Source: Candidatus Parcubacteria bacterium
GTDB taxonomy: Bacteria > Patescibacteriota > Patescibacteriia > Patescibacteriales > UBA12465
DNA: 64,000 nucleotides
Direction: 5' to 3'
Assembly (NCBI GenBank): GCA_037076615.1
Contig: AP029158.1
Span: 636,299-700,298, forward strand
Position numbers and translations under genes: made by a program. The notes beneath the pieces are model-generated. The model ran no database searches. It had not been told where the DNA came from and saw only the letters and a program-made list of their open reading frames with translations. Shown one piece after another: positions 37,382 to 45,966 of this stretch; position 1 is the first letter of the stretch, and each line of letters opens with the position of its first letter.

Positions 37382-37822
37382 ATGACTTTAAACAAAGTAA
37401 TGATCATCGGTAATCTCACCCGCGATCCAGAATTACGCAACACCGCCTCTGGCGCAAATGTGGCTTCTTTTTCGGTGGCGACCAGCTTAATCTGGAACGA
37501 TGCTAATGGTCAAAAACAACAAAAAACCGAGTTTCATAATGTCGTGGCCTGGCGCCGTTTGGCCGAAATTTGCGGACAATACCTGCGCAAAGGCTCTAAG
37601 GTTTTTATTGAGGGGCGACTACAAACTACTGACTGGACTGGTCAAGATGGAGTAAAGCGCTATCGCACCGAAATTGTTGCCGAAAATCTAATCATGTTAG
37701 ATTCAAAAAATTCTAACCGCGGCGATTCAGTTGGCGACAATAATCTACGTGAAGAATTAAAAGAAATCCAAGTTGAAGAGGAGCCCGAAGAAGAAATTCG
37801 CGTGGAAAACATCCCCTTCTAA
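37382..37822 (+). CDS. ssb: single-stranded DNA-binding protein
   Basis: LNKVMIIGNLTRDPELR...FHNVVAWRRLAE OB fold; acidic tail ending in IPF. Confidence 0.93.
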   Translation: MTLNKVMIIGNLTRDPELRNTASGANVASFSVATSLIWNDANGQKQQKTEFHNVVAWRRLAEICGQYLRKGSKVFIEGRLQTTDWTGQDGVKRYRTEIVAENLIMLDSKNSNRGDSVGDNNLREELKEIQVEEEPEEEIRVENIPF

Positions 37823-37847
37823 AATTAAAAAAATATAATTGTTAATT

Positions 37848-38060
37848 ATGACTACTAAAAAAAGTAAGGAGTGCTATTTTTGCGCCAATGATATTGAGGT
37901 TGATTACAAAGATACCCGGTCATTACGCAAATTTGTAAACTTTTATGTTAAAATTCTACCGGGAAAACGCACCGGTGTTTGTGCTTGGCACCAACGCAAG
38001 CTAGCGGAAGCTGTTAAGCGCGCCCGCACGATGGCTTTGATGAGCCATACTCATCGTTAA
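37848..38060 (+). CDS. rpsR: 30S ribosomal protein S18
   Basis: CYFCANDIEVDYKD...LRKF...TGVCAWHQRKLAEAVKRAR; the ATG at 37848 is preferred over the TTG at 37839 given in the ORF track. Confidence 0.9.
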   Translation: MTTKKSKECYFCANDIEVDYKDTRSLRKFVNFYVKILPGKRTGVCAWHQRKLAEAVKRARTMALMSHTHR

Positions 38061-38070
38061 TTATTAGCCT

Positions 38071-38628
38071 ATGTTAAGTATCAGCGAAATCAAGCCGGGA
38101 CGAGTGATTAAAGTCAATAATCAGCCCTACGTCGTCACCAAAACCGATCATCATAAAATGGGTCGCGGCGGGGCCGTTTTAAAAACTAAGCTTCGTAACC
38201 TTATTGACGGTCGTGTTCTCGATCAAACCTTTCAAGGGGTTCAGCAAGCCGAAGAAGCAGAAACAGAAACAAAAAAAGCTAACTATCTTTACAAAGATGC
38301 TGAGCAAGTTTTTTTCATGGACAATCAATCGTTTGAGCAATTTAGTTTAGATCTAGAGTCCATTGGCGACCAAGCCAAATTCTTAAAAGATGGCACCGAT
38401 GTCTCCGTTCTCTATTTTGAGGGCAAACCAGTGACCATTGAACTACCAATTAAAATGGAGTTTAAAGTTGTTTCTGCGCCCCCTGGCGTTAAAGGTAATT
38501 CTGCTGGCAACGTTAATAAACAAGTAGAAATTGAAACTGGCGCCACCATCTCCGTACCGATGTTTATCAATGAAGGTGATATTATTAGAATCAATACGGA
38601 AAGCGGCGATTACGTGGAACGCGCTTAA
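38071..38628 (+). CDS. efp: elongation factor P
   Basis: 185 aa; KPGRVIKVNNQPYVV...HHKMGRGGAVLKTKLRNL; three-domain length. Confidence 0.92.
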   Translation: MLSISEIKPGRVIKVNNQPYVVTKTDHHKMGRGGAVLKTKLRNLIDGRVLDQTFQGVQQAEEAETETKKANYLYKDAEQVFFMDNQSFEQFSLDLESIGDQAKFLKDGTDVSVLYFEGKPVTIELPIKMEFKVVSAPPGVKGNSAGNVNKQVEIETGATISVPMFINEGDIIRINTESGDYVERA

Positions 38629-38705
38629 AAATTATCACCACCCAAAAAGACCGCCTCACTGGTGGTCTTTTTTCTATTTTTAGCCCCGTGCTATAATAAT
38701 TATCT

Positions 38706-40085
38706 ATGATTTACTTGCTGTTAGCGAGCCTGGCCTTTCTTATTTTGGCCTGGAAACGCTTGGATTTAGCCGTCTTACTAATTGTTGCCGGCACCCCGCT
38801 TTATTTGTGGCGCGGTCAGTTAGCGGGCCTGCCGCTGACTTTTTTAGAGGTTATGATTTTAACGGCCTTTGCCGTTTGGCTTCTAAAAGATGGTCCTCAT
38901 TTTAAAACTCTCTTAAAAAAGGATTCGGAGCGAACGTCCTACCCCTTCCGCTGGGAAATTATTGCCGTTCTTTTGGTTTCTTTTGCCGGAGTGATTGTCG
39001 CTCAAGTTAGCCCGGCGGCCCTGGGCATTTTTAAAGCTTATTTCTTTGAACCGCTCTTACTCTTCATTTTAATCATTAATTTATTTTCTTCTCCAGCCGG
39101 GCGAAAAAAAATTATTGGCGCCTTAGCAATTTCCGCTTTAGCCGTTTCTATCTTTGCCATCTTCCAACAACTGACTGGTCTTTTTATTGCCAACCCTTTT
39201 TGGCAGGCCGCCGGCAGCAGAAGGGCCACTTCTTTTTTTCCTTATCCTAATGCCGTCGGCTTATTTCTCGCCCCTTTGGTGCTAATTTTTCTCGGTCACT
39301 TAATTAATTATTGGCGAGAACGTTCTTGGGCGTGGCGCATTTTTTATCTTTTAACCAGCTTAACTGCTGTAGCCGCGATGGTGGCCGCTCAATCTGAGGG
39401 CGCGCTCGTAGGGCTAATGGCCGGGCTCGGAATCTTTGCCCTTTTAGTTAATAAAAAAGCACGGCTAATTACAATTATCTCCGGGATGCTCTTAGCGCTC
39501 GTGATTTGGTTTACGCCGCCGGCAAAAGATTTTGTCTTAACTAAAGTTTTACTAAAGGATTTATCGGGCCAAATTCGCCGCCAGCAATGGAGCGAAACGA
39601 TGTTAATGTTAAAAGACGGCCGCTTAATTACTGGCGCCGGATTAAGTGCTTATCAGGAGGCGATTACCCCTTATCACCAAGATGGGATTTGGATTAAAAC
39701 TGATGACCCCAATTGGCTACATGATATAATGTTCACTCCCGGCTTTCGAGAAAAAATGTGGCAGCCGACAGAAATTTATTTATACCCGCATAATATCGTT
39801 TTAAACTTTTGGAGTGAGCTTGGTATTTTTGGCGCCCTAATATTTCTTTGGATAATTGCCAAAGCCTTGGTAATGACGCTAAGATTGTCCCGGAAAAAAG
39901 ATGATTCAGAACGCTACCTGGCCCTAGGGATTTTTGGAGCGCTGGTAACTTTAACTGTTCATGGCTTAGTTGATGTCCCCTATTTTAAAAATGATCTCGC
40001 TGTCCTTTTTTGGATTTATTTAGCCCTAATTGGCGGCCTAACCTTAAAATCAAATGGAAAAAATCTTACAAAAAATAATCGCTGA
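38706..40085 (+). CDS. O-antigen ligase/polymerase (Wzy_C) family membrane protein
   Basis: About 10-12 TM helices; large loop followed by YPHNIVLNFWSELGIFG, typical of the family. Confidence 0.7.
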   Translation: MIYLLLASLAFLILAWKRLDLAVLLIVAGTPLYLWRGQLAGLPLTFLEVMILTAFAVWLLKDGPHFKTLLKKDSERTSYPFRWEIIAVLLVSFAGVIVAQVSPAALGIFKAYFFEPLLLFILIINLFSSPAGRKKIIGALAISALAVSIFAIFQQLTGLFIANPFWQAAGSRRATSFFPYPNAVGLFLAPLVLIFLGHLINYWRERSWAWRIFYLLTSLTAVAAMVAAQSEGALVGLMAGLGIFALLVNKKARLITIISGMLLALVIWFTPPAKDFVLTKVLLKDLSGQIRRQQWSETMLMLKDGRLITGAGLSAYQEAITPYHQDGIWIKTDDPNWLHDIMFTPGFREKMWQPTEIYLYPHNIVLNFWSELGIFGALIFLWIIAKALVMTLRLSRKKDDSERYLALGIFGALVTLTVHGLVDVPYFKNDLAVLFWIYLALIGGLTLKSNGKNLTKNNR

Positions 40086-40767
40086 ATCCGGTTTTTGTTC
40101 CCGCCGCCAAGCGGAAGCCGCCATAAAGCGTGGTGAAGTAAAAGTTAATGGCATCTTAGCTAAGCCCGGAGATCTAGCTTCGGCGACCGATAAAATTACC
40201 GTTCGCGGAAAAAGAATCGGTGCCCCCCAAGAAAAAGTTTATCTGAAACTTAATAAGCCTAAAGGTTATATCTGTACTAACCGTACTTTTGTTAACGAAA
40301 AAAATATTTTTTCACTCATTCCCGATAACATTAAAGGTTTATTTACAGTGGGACGTTTAGATAAAAACAGTCAAGGTTTAATTATCTTAACGAATGATGG
40401 TGATTTAACCTTAAAGTTGACCCATCCGCGCTCCGGGCATACTAAGGTTTATGAGGTAAAAACTCGACCAAACCTCGAAGAAAAAATTATTAAAAGAATT
40501 CAAAATAATTTTATTAGCGGCATCCCCTTTGAAGAAGAGGAAGGCATTGCTAAAGCTAAAAAAGTTACTTATTTAGGTGACGGCGCTTTTGAAGTGGTCT
40601 TAGCCGAAGGAAAAAAACGCCAGATTAGAAGAATGTTTGAAGCTTGTGGTGTAAAAGTTTCCAACCTTAAAAGAACAACTTTTGCCGGTTTAAAATTAGG
40701 CGGTTTAGCGGAAGGGCAATGGGGGTATTTAAGTAAAAGTGAGATTGCCAAACTGCGCGGCTTATAA
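40054..40767 (+). CDS. pseudouridine synthase, RsuA/RluB family (S4 domain plus catalytic GRLD)
   Basis: LQKIIAESGFCSRRQAE S4 motif; GRLDKNSQGLIILTNDG catalytic Asp motif; KKRQIRRM. Confidence 0.88.
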   Translation: MEKILQKIIAESGFCSRRQAEAAIKRGEVKVNGILAKPGDLASATDKITVRGKRIGAPQEKVYLKLNKPKGYICTNRTFVNEKNIFSLIPDNIKGLFTVGRLDKNSQGLIILTNDGDLTLKLTHPRSGHTKVYEVKTRPNLEEKIIKRIQNNFISGIPFEEEEGIAKAKKVTYLGDGAFEVVLAEGKKRQIRRMFEACGVKVSNLKRTTFAGLKLGGLAEGQWGYLSKSEIAKLRGL

Positions 40768-40785
40768 TAAGATAAGGGCGCTTAG

Positions 40786-40876
40786 GGAGGAGTCGCATAG
40801 CCCGGTTGATTGCGCCGCATTCGAAACGCGGTATACCCGTCAAAAGGTATCAAGGGTTCGAATCCCTTCTCCTCCG
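40786..40876 (+). tRNA. tRNA-Ser (anticodon CGA), class II with long variable arm
   Basis: Acceptor GGAGGAG/CTCCTCC, anticodon loop TTCGAAA (one A-C mismatch closing the stem), variable arm TATACCCGTCAAAAGGTAT, T arm AAGGG-TTCGAAT-CCCTT. Confidence 0.8.
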
Positions 40877-40877
40877 C

Positions 40878-40915
40878 ATATAAAAATACAACCCTTTAGG
40901 GTTGTATTTTTATAT
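40878..40915 (+). terminator. terminator after tRNA-Ser
   Basis: 17-bp perfect hairpin ATATAAAAATACAACCC-TTTA-GGGTTGTATTTTTATAT. Confidence 0.7.
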
Positions 40916-41115
40916 GATGATAATAAGGGTGAGAACCTTTAGGTTCGACTGCCGAGGATAGCGAGCGAAATGAAAACTCGGTTTTCATTTTCGAGCGACA
41001 CAGGCAGAAAAGGGCGGCTTGACCGCCCTGCTATCCCTGCCTCTCCGCAATTGACAAGGGTATGCCAAAATGGTATACCTTTTTGTTAAATGGATCCTTA
41101 AAAAAAATATTAAAA

Positions 41116-41492
41116 ATGAGAAAAGTGATAAACATCATTGCAATTAAAGATAAAAAATTCTTTTAGTAAGAAAAAGGGAGGCTTGGATTTTGCCTGGCGG
41201 CAAACCTAATTTAGGTGAAAGCGACGCAGAATGCCCCCTTAGAGAATTGTCTGAAGAATTGCCAAAATTATCAGTTATTGGAGATTTCAAACTTTATAAA
41301 AGTTTTACCGGTCAAACACCTCATCAAGGTGACATAGTAGAGGCGGTAGCATATTTTAGTAAAATTCAAAGGGAAATAAAGCCAGACAGGGAAATAAGTG
41401 AGGCTTTATGGACAAATAACTTTGATAACATTAAATTATCCGAAATAACTACAAAAATTATTAACCCCCTCTATAAAGATGGGTATCTTTAA
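41116..41492 (+). pseudogene. Nudix hydrolase gene interrupted by a frameshift in an A6 tract
   Basis: ATG at 41116 reads MRKVINIIAIKDKKFF-stop. Shifting one nt at the A-run 41152-41157 continues as KILLVRKREAWILPGGKPNLGESDAECPLRELSEEL, which carries the Nudix box G-x5-E-x7-REUxEE. Confidence 0.7.
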
Positions 41493-41498
41493 TTAATG

Positions 41499-41525
41499 CC
41501 GCTATTTTTAAAATAGCGGTTTTTT
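41499..41525 (+). terminator. terminator after the Nudix gene
   Basis: CCGCTATTTT-TAA-AAATAGCGG followed by TTTTTT. Confidence 0.7.
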
Positions 41526-41534
41526 ATTTTATTG

Positions 41535-41566
41535 AAACCGTTCCAACTATGCCCCACTCTCTCCGC
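41535..41566. repeat. left copy of a 32-bp imperfect direct repeat bracketing the island
   Basis: AAACCGTTCCAACTATGCCCCACTCTCTCCGC versus 47892-47923 AAACCATTCCAACTATGTCCCACCCTCTCCGC (29 of 32 identical by eye). Confidence 0.8.
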
Positions 41567-41786
41567 TAATTTTTATTAACTTCGCACACGCGGAGCGCGT
41601 GGTGGCTCTTTCCTAAGTCATACGCTCCGATTGCGTGGTGAAGCGAACAATGCGCGTCTCGCGCTCCCTTCGGTCGTAAACCAAAACCAAAAACTTTCTT
41701 ACCTATCCATTTTCGGCGGGGGGGGAGCCGCTTAAAAAATGAAAGGAAATCTTTTGGTTTTGTTTTCGTCGCTTCAGCGGTTGTTG

Positions 41787-41815
41787 TTTACAATCGCATA
41801 AAAATTCGTTATGAT
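41787..41815 (+). promoter_or_regulatory. sigma70-like promoter of the xre-ligase-MTase-MTase-peptidase operon
   Basis: TTTACA (41787-41792), 17-nt spacer, TATGAT (41810-41815), 64 nt upstream of the xre ATG. Confidence 0.5.
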
Positions 41816-41878
41816 TTAAATATGGAGATTAAATATTTTATATTATAGTCTATATATTAAATTATACAATAGGAAATT

Positions 41879-42076
41879 ATGAATATTGCAGATAACTTTA
41901 AAAAAATAAGAACAGAAAAGGGATACTCTCTTGAAAAGATCGCTCGTTTTGCTGATTTGTCTCTCAATACGGTTGTTAAAATTCAGAGTGGAGTCAATAA
42001 GAATCCAACCATTGAAACATTATCTAAAATCGCCAAGGCGCTTGGTGTTAGCGTTGGCGATTTGATACAAAAATAG
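41879..42076 (+). CDS. XRE/Cro-C1 family helix-turn-helix transcriptional regulator
   Basis: 65 aa; IRTEKGYSLEKIARFADLSLNTVVKIQSG...PTIETLSKIAKALGVSVGDL. Confidence 0.88.
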   Translation: MNIADNFKKIRTEKGYSLEKIARFADLSLNTVVKIQSGVNKNPTIETLSKIAKALGVSVGDLIQK

Positions 42077-42078
42077 TT

Positions 42079-43197
42079 ATGAAGAAAATAATTTCTGAAA
42101 ATATATTGAAAAATGCACGGAATGATGCAATTGAATTTGTAGAAGCAAATGGTCAAAACAGTTTGTATCCATCATTCTATGATGCAGATAGTTATGTTAA
42201 CGATTTGGTGAATGACAAATATTTTGCCGCACTAGCGATTGTCCGTCACTATGTAAAATTAATGAGTGATGCATACTGGTCAGATTTTGGTGCAGTCAAC
42301 ATAGATCTTTTTATGTTGACCTCAAGCGCCTCATCTCCTATGGGACCAGGATCCGACTCTGAGGTAATAAATATTCAATTTGGTAAATATCAAACCAATC
42401 TCACTGACTCATCACAATTTGGTTTTGAGCCGCTTATGTTTCATCTCGATAAAGCGTACTGTTATTTACCATCTATGCGGGGTGAGAATCCTGACGCTCG
42501 ACACATTAACCAGTTCTTTCATTGTGAAGCGGAAATAACCGGAACACTCGATAAATTGTTGCCGTCTGTTGAGAACTATGTACAGGCACTCGCCAGAATA
42601 TTTATAGCGCTCACACCAGTCGTGAAGCTTATTAGTATAGATTTTTTCAAAACAAAACAGGCGCTACAAAATATTATTAACGCTAAGAGTTTCAATAAAA
42701 AAACTTTTGATGAGGTGTATCAGTGGTTACAAAAAAATCCCTTATTCCACTCGGCAAATAATTTTGGAAGAAATATTACCAGCAGTGGCGAAATAGCGCT
42801 TGCTCAAGAGATGGGAGGTGAGCTACCTATCTGGCTCTGTAATTACGATAGGGATATCACTCCTTTTTACCAAAAACCAGATCCGCAAAATACAAATAGA
42901 GTTATAAATGCGGATCTGTTATTTCCACCAATTATAGAGGGCGGTTTCGGAGGTGAAATCGTTGGTTCTGGGCAACGACAAGATAATCCTGAAGAAATTA
43001 TCGAGTCTCTCAAAAGACAAAAAATCGATAGTGAACCTTATGAGTGGTACATCAATCTCCGCAAACAACCAAACTACAAAATAACATCTGGTTTTGGATT
43101 AGGAATAGAAAGATTTATTGCCTGGGCACTTGGATATTCTGATATTAAAAATGTCATTCATTATCCACGACTTAAAAATATTAAAACACTGCCATAA
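42079..43197 (+). CDS. class IIb aminoacyl-tRNA-synthetase-like ligase (AsnRS/AspRS-type catalytic core, no anticodon-binding domain)
   Basis: Motif 2 PSMRGENPDARHINQFFHCEAE (compare AsnRS FRAE...RHLAEFWMIEPE). Motif 3 GSGQRQ...SGFGLGIERFIAWALGYSDIKNVIHYPR. Only about 45 aa precede the core, so there is no OB fold. Confidence 0.8.
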   Translation: MKKIISENILKNARNDAIEFVEANGQNSLYPSFYDADSYVNDLVNDKYFAALAIVRHYVKLMSDAYWSDFGAVNIDLFMLTSSASSPMGPGSDSEVINIQFGKYQTNLTDSSQFGFEPLMFHLDKAYCYLPSMRGENPDARHINQFFHCEAEITGTLDKLLPSVENYVQALARIFIALTPVVKLISIDFFKTKQALQNIINAKSFNKKTFDEVYQWLQKNPLFHSANNFGRNITSSGEIALAQEMGGELPIWLCNYDRDITPFYQKPDPQNTNRVINADLLFPPIIEGGFGGEIVGSGQRQDNPEEIIESLKRQKIDSEPYEWYINLRKQPNYKITSGFGLGIERFIAWALGYSDIKNVIHYPRLKNIKTLP

Positions 43198-43198
43198 T

Positions 43199-44041
43199 AT
43201 GAAAAAAGAAATTTTCGATTCATTTTTTAATCCGTATGCAAAAACCGTTGACAAGGCGGCTGGCGTTAGCGCATTTTGGCGATTGTCAGATGAAATCATC
43301 ACAGAAATAATTAAACGAGAGATCGCGCCGTATTGTATAGACTTATCGCTTACTATGGACGCTGGTGGCGGCACAGGAAGGTGGGCAATAAAACTAAGTG
43401 GGGTTTTGAAAGGGAAAATTGTTGTATTCGATCGGTCGAAAGATATGTTAGCGAAAGCGTCAGAAAATATTAGTAGGAGTAGCACATCTGATCGCATTAG
43501 CATAGTAGAAGGAGACTTAACGCAGATAAATGAGTTCGCAGACAACAGTGTTGATAATATCGTGAGTATTTATAGCCCGCTTAGTTTTATCTATGAACAA
43601 GATAAGGCCGCAAAAGAATTGTTCCGTATTTTGAAACCAGGCGGTCGCATCCTTATAATGAGTCATAGTTACCATAACGCAGTAGCTTCTAAAATAAATA
43701 ACTATCGAGCTAGCGCAGAAGAATTACAAAAACTTGTAAATGAACAGGTGGTGAAATGGGCGCCACACGTTCCAGAATTAGTGACTCATTCAAAAGAGTC
43801 CATAGAAAAACTTTTTTCTGATGCAGGATTTCATATACATAAAACATACGGTGTGCCCGTGTTTGTCCAGCCTGGTTCAGAAGACTTTGACCCAGAAAAC
43901 GAAAAGAAAAGCGCTGTAAGCGCATACCTTGAAAACCCCGATGTATTTAAATCGGTATTTGAAATTGAAATGAGGTTTAATGCAAACGAAACAGTGGCAA
44001 ATCGAGGTATGAATATGTTTATGCTCGCAGAAAAGAAATAA
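43199..44041 (+). CDS. class I SAM-dependent methyltransferase
   Basis: Motif I MDAGGGTGRWA, LKPGGRILI. The ATG at 43199, one nt after the upstream stop, is preferred over the overlapping 43118 start in the ORF track. Confidence 0.8.
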   Translation: MKKEIFDSFFNPYAKTVDKAAGVSAFWRLSDEIITEIIKREIAPYCIDLSLTMDAGGGTGRWAIKLSGVLKGKIVVFDRSKDMLAKASENISRSSTSDRISIVEGDLTQINEFADNSVDNIVSIYSPLSFIYEQDKAAKELFRILKPGGRILIMSHSYHNAVASKINNYRASAEELQKLVNEQVVKWAPHVPELVTHSKESIEKLFSDAGFHIHKTYGVPVFVQPGSEDFDPENEKKSAVSAYLENPDVFKSVFEIEMRFNANETVANRGMNMFMLAEKK

Positions 44042-44042
44042 T

Positions 44043-44924
44043 ATGAAAAAAGATAAAATTTTAAAAGAATATCCTTGGCTTGCGAAGATAAATACCGTTG
44101 AAGATTACCTTCCTCCAGAGTATTACCAACACTTACTAAAACCATATATTTTTGGCGGAGTGTCAGATATTTCACTGCTTGGTAATTTCTTACATAATAA
44201 AAAACCTTTAAAGGTTCTGGAGCTTGGGTGTGGCAGTGGTAGAGCCTCAGATACTGCGGTTTCGATTATTCCTACTGCAGATTACACTTTTTCAGATCTC
44301 AGTGGCAGAATGCTCGAAGCTGCGAAACAGCATTTGCCCAAAAACTCAGCTTTTGTTATTTCTGATGCGGTTGATTTTATGGAGAACACTAATGATATAT
44401 ATGACTTAGTGTACACACTTTGGAGTTTTTCACATTCAACGCACCAGCATGTTCATCGGTTGGGCATAGAAAAAGCTGAGGATTACATTTCCTCCGTTAT
44501 CAAAAAGTTTATTCGTCAAAACATTACAAAGAATGGATCATTTTTCTTAATACATTTTGACTCACTCTCTCAGGAACAGAGTATTTTAATGAGACAATGG
44601 AAACGAGTATTTCCTACCTTTGCAAATATCGAGGAACAAAGTCCCTCAAAGCAATTCATCGACAGAACTTTATTGGAATTAGATACAAAAGGAGAAATTA
44701 CCCTATCTATCAATCACTTATGTGGTGATGCCATACATTACAAATCAGAAAATGAATTGCTGGAGACTTTTATGAATTTTCATCTTGAGACGTACTTCAA
44801 TAATTCATCACTTAATAAAAGTGTTATTGAGGACATAAAAGAACAAGCCTCAAAGTATCGTAATGAAGATGGTTCTTATGATATTACCCCTGGATGTTAT
44901 GTTTATTCATTTGTTAAAAATTAA
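44043..44924 (+). CDS. class I SAM-dependent methyltransferase (second, divergent)
   Basis: Motif I VLELGCGSGRAS, acidic FSDLS, post-I ISDAVDF; start is one nt after the upstream stop. Confidence 0.75.
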   Translation: MKKDKILKEYPWLAKINTVEDYLPPEYYQHLLKPYIFGGVSDISLLGNFLHNKKPLKVLELGCGSGRASDTAVSIIPTADYTFSDLSGRMLEAAKQHLPKNSAFVISDAVDFMENTNDIYDLVYTLWSFSHSTHQHVHRLGIEKAEDYISSVIKKFIRQNITKNGSFFLIHFDSLSQEQSILMRQWKRVFPTFANIEEQSPSKQFIDRTLLELDTKGEITLSINHLCGDAIHYKSENELLETFMNFHLETYFNNSSLNKSVIEDIKEQASKYRNEDGSYDITPGCYVYSFVKN

Positions 44925-44932
44925 AAAATACT

Positions 44933-45964
44933 ATGAAAAAACTTCAAAAATTGCAGAAAGGAGACAAGGTAGCAGTGTTGTCGCCATCGTTTGCGGCGCC
45001 TGCCATCTTTCCAAAAGTGTTTGAATTGGGGCTCCAGAGAATTCGCGACGAGTTCGGACTGGAGCCAGTGGAGTATCCAACCACAAGACAATTAAACGCA
45101 AGTGCTGAGGACCGCACTCTCGATATCATTGAAGCTTTTTCTGATCCAGAGATAAAAGCCGTAATTGCAAGTATTGGTGGAGATGATCAAGTGACCTATA
45201 TTCACAAAATGTCTCCAGAGGTATTTATAAAAAATCCCAAGCTGTTTTTAGGATACAGTGACAATTCACATCTTTGTAATTTTTTGTTTCAGCATGGAAT
45301 TCCATCGTATTACGGAGCTTGTGTGATGACACAATTTGCAATGCAGGGAGAAATGGACAGATACACGGTGGAAAATATTCGTCACGCTTTGTTTGATTCA
45401 GGCGAATACGAAATTAATCCTTCAAAAGAATATAATGAGATTGGTCTAAATTGGAAAGATGAAACACTGCTTGCAACAAGACGAACCTACGAAAAAAACA
45501 CGGGATGGATATGGGATGCTCCAGTGGACAGCGAAGGTATCTTATGGGGCGGGTGTTTAGAGTCAATTGATGATATGTTGCGTAACAATACACCAATCCC
45601 AAGTCTTAAAGAATTCGGAAATATTATTCTTATGCTCGAAACGTCGGAAGAAATACCTTCGCACGGATATGTGAGGCGAGTCATTCGCGCTTTGGGTGAA
45701 CGATACATATTGCAGAAGGTCCAAGGTATTTTTGTTGGACGGCCGAAAGCGTGGGAATTCGACAAACAATTCACCAAAGAAGAACGAACCATCTACACTA
45801 ATGAGCAACAAAAAACCATTCTTGAAACAGTGCGAACATACAACAAAAATATTCCTGTGGTACAAAATATGAATTTTGGTCATACAGATCCGCAGATACC
45901 AATGCCGTATGGAGGAAGGGTAAGAGTTGACTCAAACAAAAAGAGGGTCTTTGTTTACTTTTAG
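44933..45964 (+). CDS. peptidase S66 family (LD-carboxypeptidase / microcin C7 immunity MccF-like)
   Basis: GDKVAVLSPS N-terminus, nucleophile elbow LGYSDNSHL, MLETSEE, FGHTDP His motif; 343 aa. Confidence 0.8.
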   Translation: MKKLQKLQKGDKVAVLSPSFAAPAIFPKVFELGLQRIRDEFGLEPVEYPTTRQLNASAEDRTLDIIEAFSDPEIKAVIASIGGDDQVTYIHKMSPEVFIKNPKLFLGYSDNSHLCNFLFQHGIPSYYGACVMTQFAMQGEMDRYTVENIRHALFDSGEYEINPSKEYNEIGLNWKDETLLATRRTYEKNTGWIWDAPVDSEGILWGGCLESIDDMLRNNTPIPSLKEFGNIILMLETSEEIPSHGYVRRVIRALGERYILQKVQGIFVGRPKAWEFDKQFTKEERTIYTNEQQKTILETVRTYNKNIPVVQNMNFGHTDPQIPMPYGGRVRVDSNKKRVFVYF

Positions 45965-45966
45965 AA

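Noticed and set aside
40739-40942. 67-aa plus-strand ORF
   Set aside because: It runs through tRNA-Ser(CGA) and its terminator and is not a plausible gene.
43118-43198. Upstream extension of the first methyltransferase ORF (start at 43118 in the ORF track)
   Set aside because: It would overlap the ligase gene by 80 nt and add a non-homologous N-terminus. The ATG at 43199 directly follows the ligase stop and begins a typical MKKEIF... N-terminus.
43099-44175. Minus-strand ORFs of 71-148 aa antisense to the ligase and methyltransferase genes, and similar antisense ORFs at 45414-45883, 46473-46871, 9060-9476, 11128-11508 and 58932-59426
   Set aside because: All lie inside longer, motif-supported genes on the opposite strand and show low-complexity or unbalanced composition. 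They are treated as shadow ORFs.
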